From assembly GCA_028534125.1 (NCBI GenBank), contig CM052816.1, forward strand, positions 80,292,001-80,356,000: a stretch of DNA of 64,000 bases, in the 5' to 3' direction. Each line of letters begins with the position of its first letter. The stretch's first letter is position 1. Source of the DNA: Lama glama (lineage: Eukaryota). The position numbers and the translations under genes were made by a program. Under the pieces are notes generated by a model. That model did no database searches. It was not told the DNA's origin and worked only from the letters and a program-made list of their open reading frames with translations. Below are positions 63,000 through 64,000 of this stretch, piece after piece.

Positions 63000-63517
63000 G
63001 CGGGGTCTCCTCTGCCCCATCTCTGCGCCCAACATTTTCCGCCAGTGTGAGGGGCTGGCCTGGGGGCCTCTCACTCGCAGTCCCGCCCAGGGTGACTCTC
63101 CCTAGGCTCCCCTATTTGGCCGGCTCGGCCGGGCTCTGGGCGGGGCCGGCGGAGCGCGGGGGTGGGAGTCCCGGAGGAAGATGCGCGGAGCTGGGGGCGA
63201 GGCCCCGCGCACAAGGCGGAGGGGTGGGGATCTGCGGTGGGCTGCGCCCGCCCGCTCTGACCCTTTCCGCACCCCGCGGAAAGCAGACGCTGTCAGCTGA
63301 ATCACTCCCCTTTCAGGAGGAGGGAGGGAACAGAAAGGTAACTAGCCCCTTTATGCTTAAAAAAGCAAAGGGAGATCGTGGGCAGCCCTGCAGCCTCTCC
63401 TTCCCCACGCCTGGACCATGCACCCCTGCATCTTCCTGCTCGGCCACAGGCGAGGACTTGATTTCTTGAGCTGAGAGCTAAAACTTGTTGACTTTTCTTC
63501 TCCCCAACAACTGAATC
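63000..63517 (+). promoter_or_regulatory. ADAMTS12: ADAMTS12 CpG-island promoter and 5'UTR
   Basis: CpG-dense, with GC box GGGCGGGG near 63138, directly upstream of the ADAMTS12 ATG. Confidence 0.8.
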
Positions 63518-63644
63518 ATGCCATGTGCCCAGAGGAGCTGGCTTGCAGACCTCTCCGTTGTGGCTCAGCTCCTGAACTTTGGGGCCCTTTGCTATGGGAG
63601 ACAACCCCAGCCGGGCCCGGTGCACTTCCCGGACAGGAGGCAAG
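63518..63644 (+). CDS. ADAMTS12: ADAMTS12 coding exon 1 (signal peptide); the rest of the gene lies beyond the window
   Basis: Not in the ORF track. Hand translation [42 protein letters not shown] matches the ADAMTS12 N-terminus as recalled. AAG|gttagt donor, 127 nt, syntenic position next to RXFP3. Confidence 0.93.
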
Positions 63645-64000
63645 GTTAGTGACTTTTTAAAAATTTCCTTGGAAAACCGCAGTGGTAAGGCTTCGTGAAA
63701 AGTTGGTTGCTCCCTTTTCCCTTCCCCCACTCTACTGAACTCCGCAAAGCCGTTTGGCCGAATTGCCGGTTGCGAGGAAATCTGGTCCGGGAGCTCAGTA
63801 ACGCGGGGCTTGTCAGACTTCAGTGTTTAAGGTGCGATTCCTTACTTCTTACTGAAAGGCGAGGATCCCAATCCCTTTTACACTAAGGATGCTGCAGTGA
63901 GGACTCCAGAGGTAGCTGGCAATCCTCCTCCCCTTTTGTCTCCTCGGAATGCTGCACCGTTTCAATCCCTGTTTTCAGATTCTGAACGCGGAAAATGTTT

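Noticed and set aside
63285..63301. Second RE1-like site in the ADAMTS12 promoter (reverse complement ttcagctgacagcgtc)
   Set aside because: The half-sites are truncated and the spacing does not fit canonical RE1.

Overview
Mammalian genomic DNA, probably a camelid, judged from a Vic-1-like tRNA-derived SINE and artiodactyl-type L1 3' ends. The window holds the complete 7-exon pigmentation gene SLC45A2 (+ strand, CDS 7951-38530, 1584 nt spliced, 527 aa). It also holds the intronless relaxin-3 receptor RXFP3 (- strand, convergent with SLC45A2, in a CpG island) and the CpG-island promoter plus first coding exon of ADAMTS12 (+ strand, 63518-63644). This matches the known mammalian gene order. 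The rest is mostly transposable-element debris: a 5.8 kb L1 upstream of SLC45A2, solo LTRs, a 5'-inverted L1 nested in an LTR, and MLT1, MER5, MER20, MER58, Tigger, L2 and MIR fragments. I found no evidence for a new biological system. The best leads are local: apparent loss of the ancestral RXFP3 start codon with an in-frame mini-uORF, a near-perfect REST/RE1 site and a strong CTCF motif upstream of RXFP3, a 4-codon deletion in the SLC45A2 central loop, and an L1 5'UTR with an antisense splice donor facing SLC45A2. Orthologue comparisons and repeat family names come from memory, not database searches, and most repeat boundaries are approximate.
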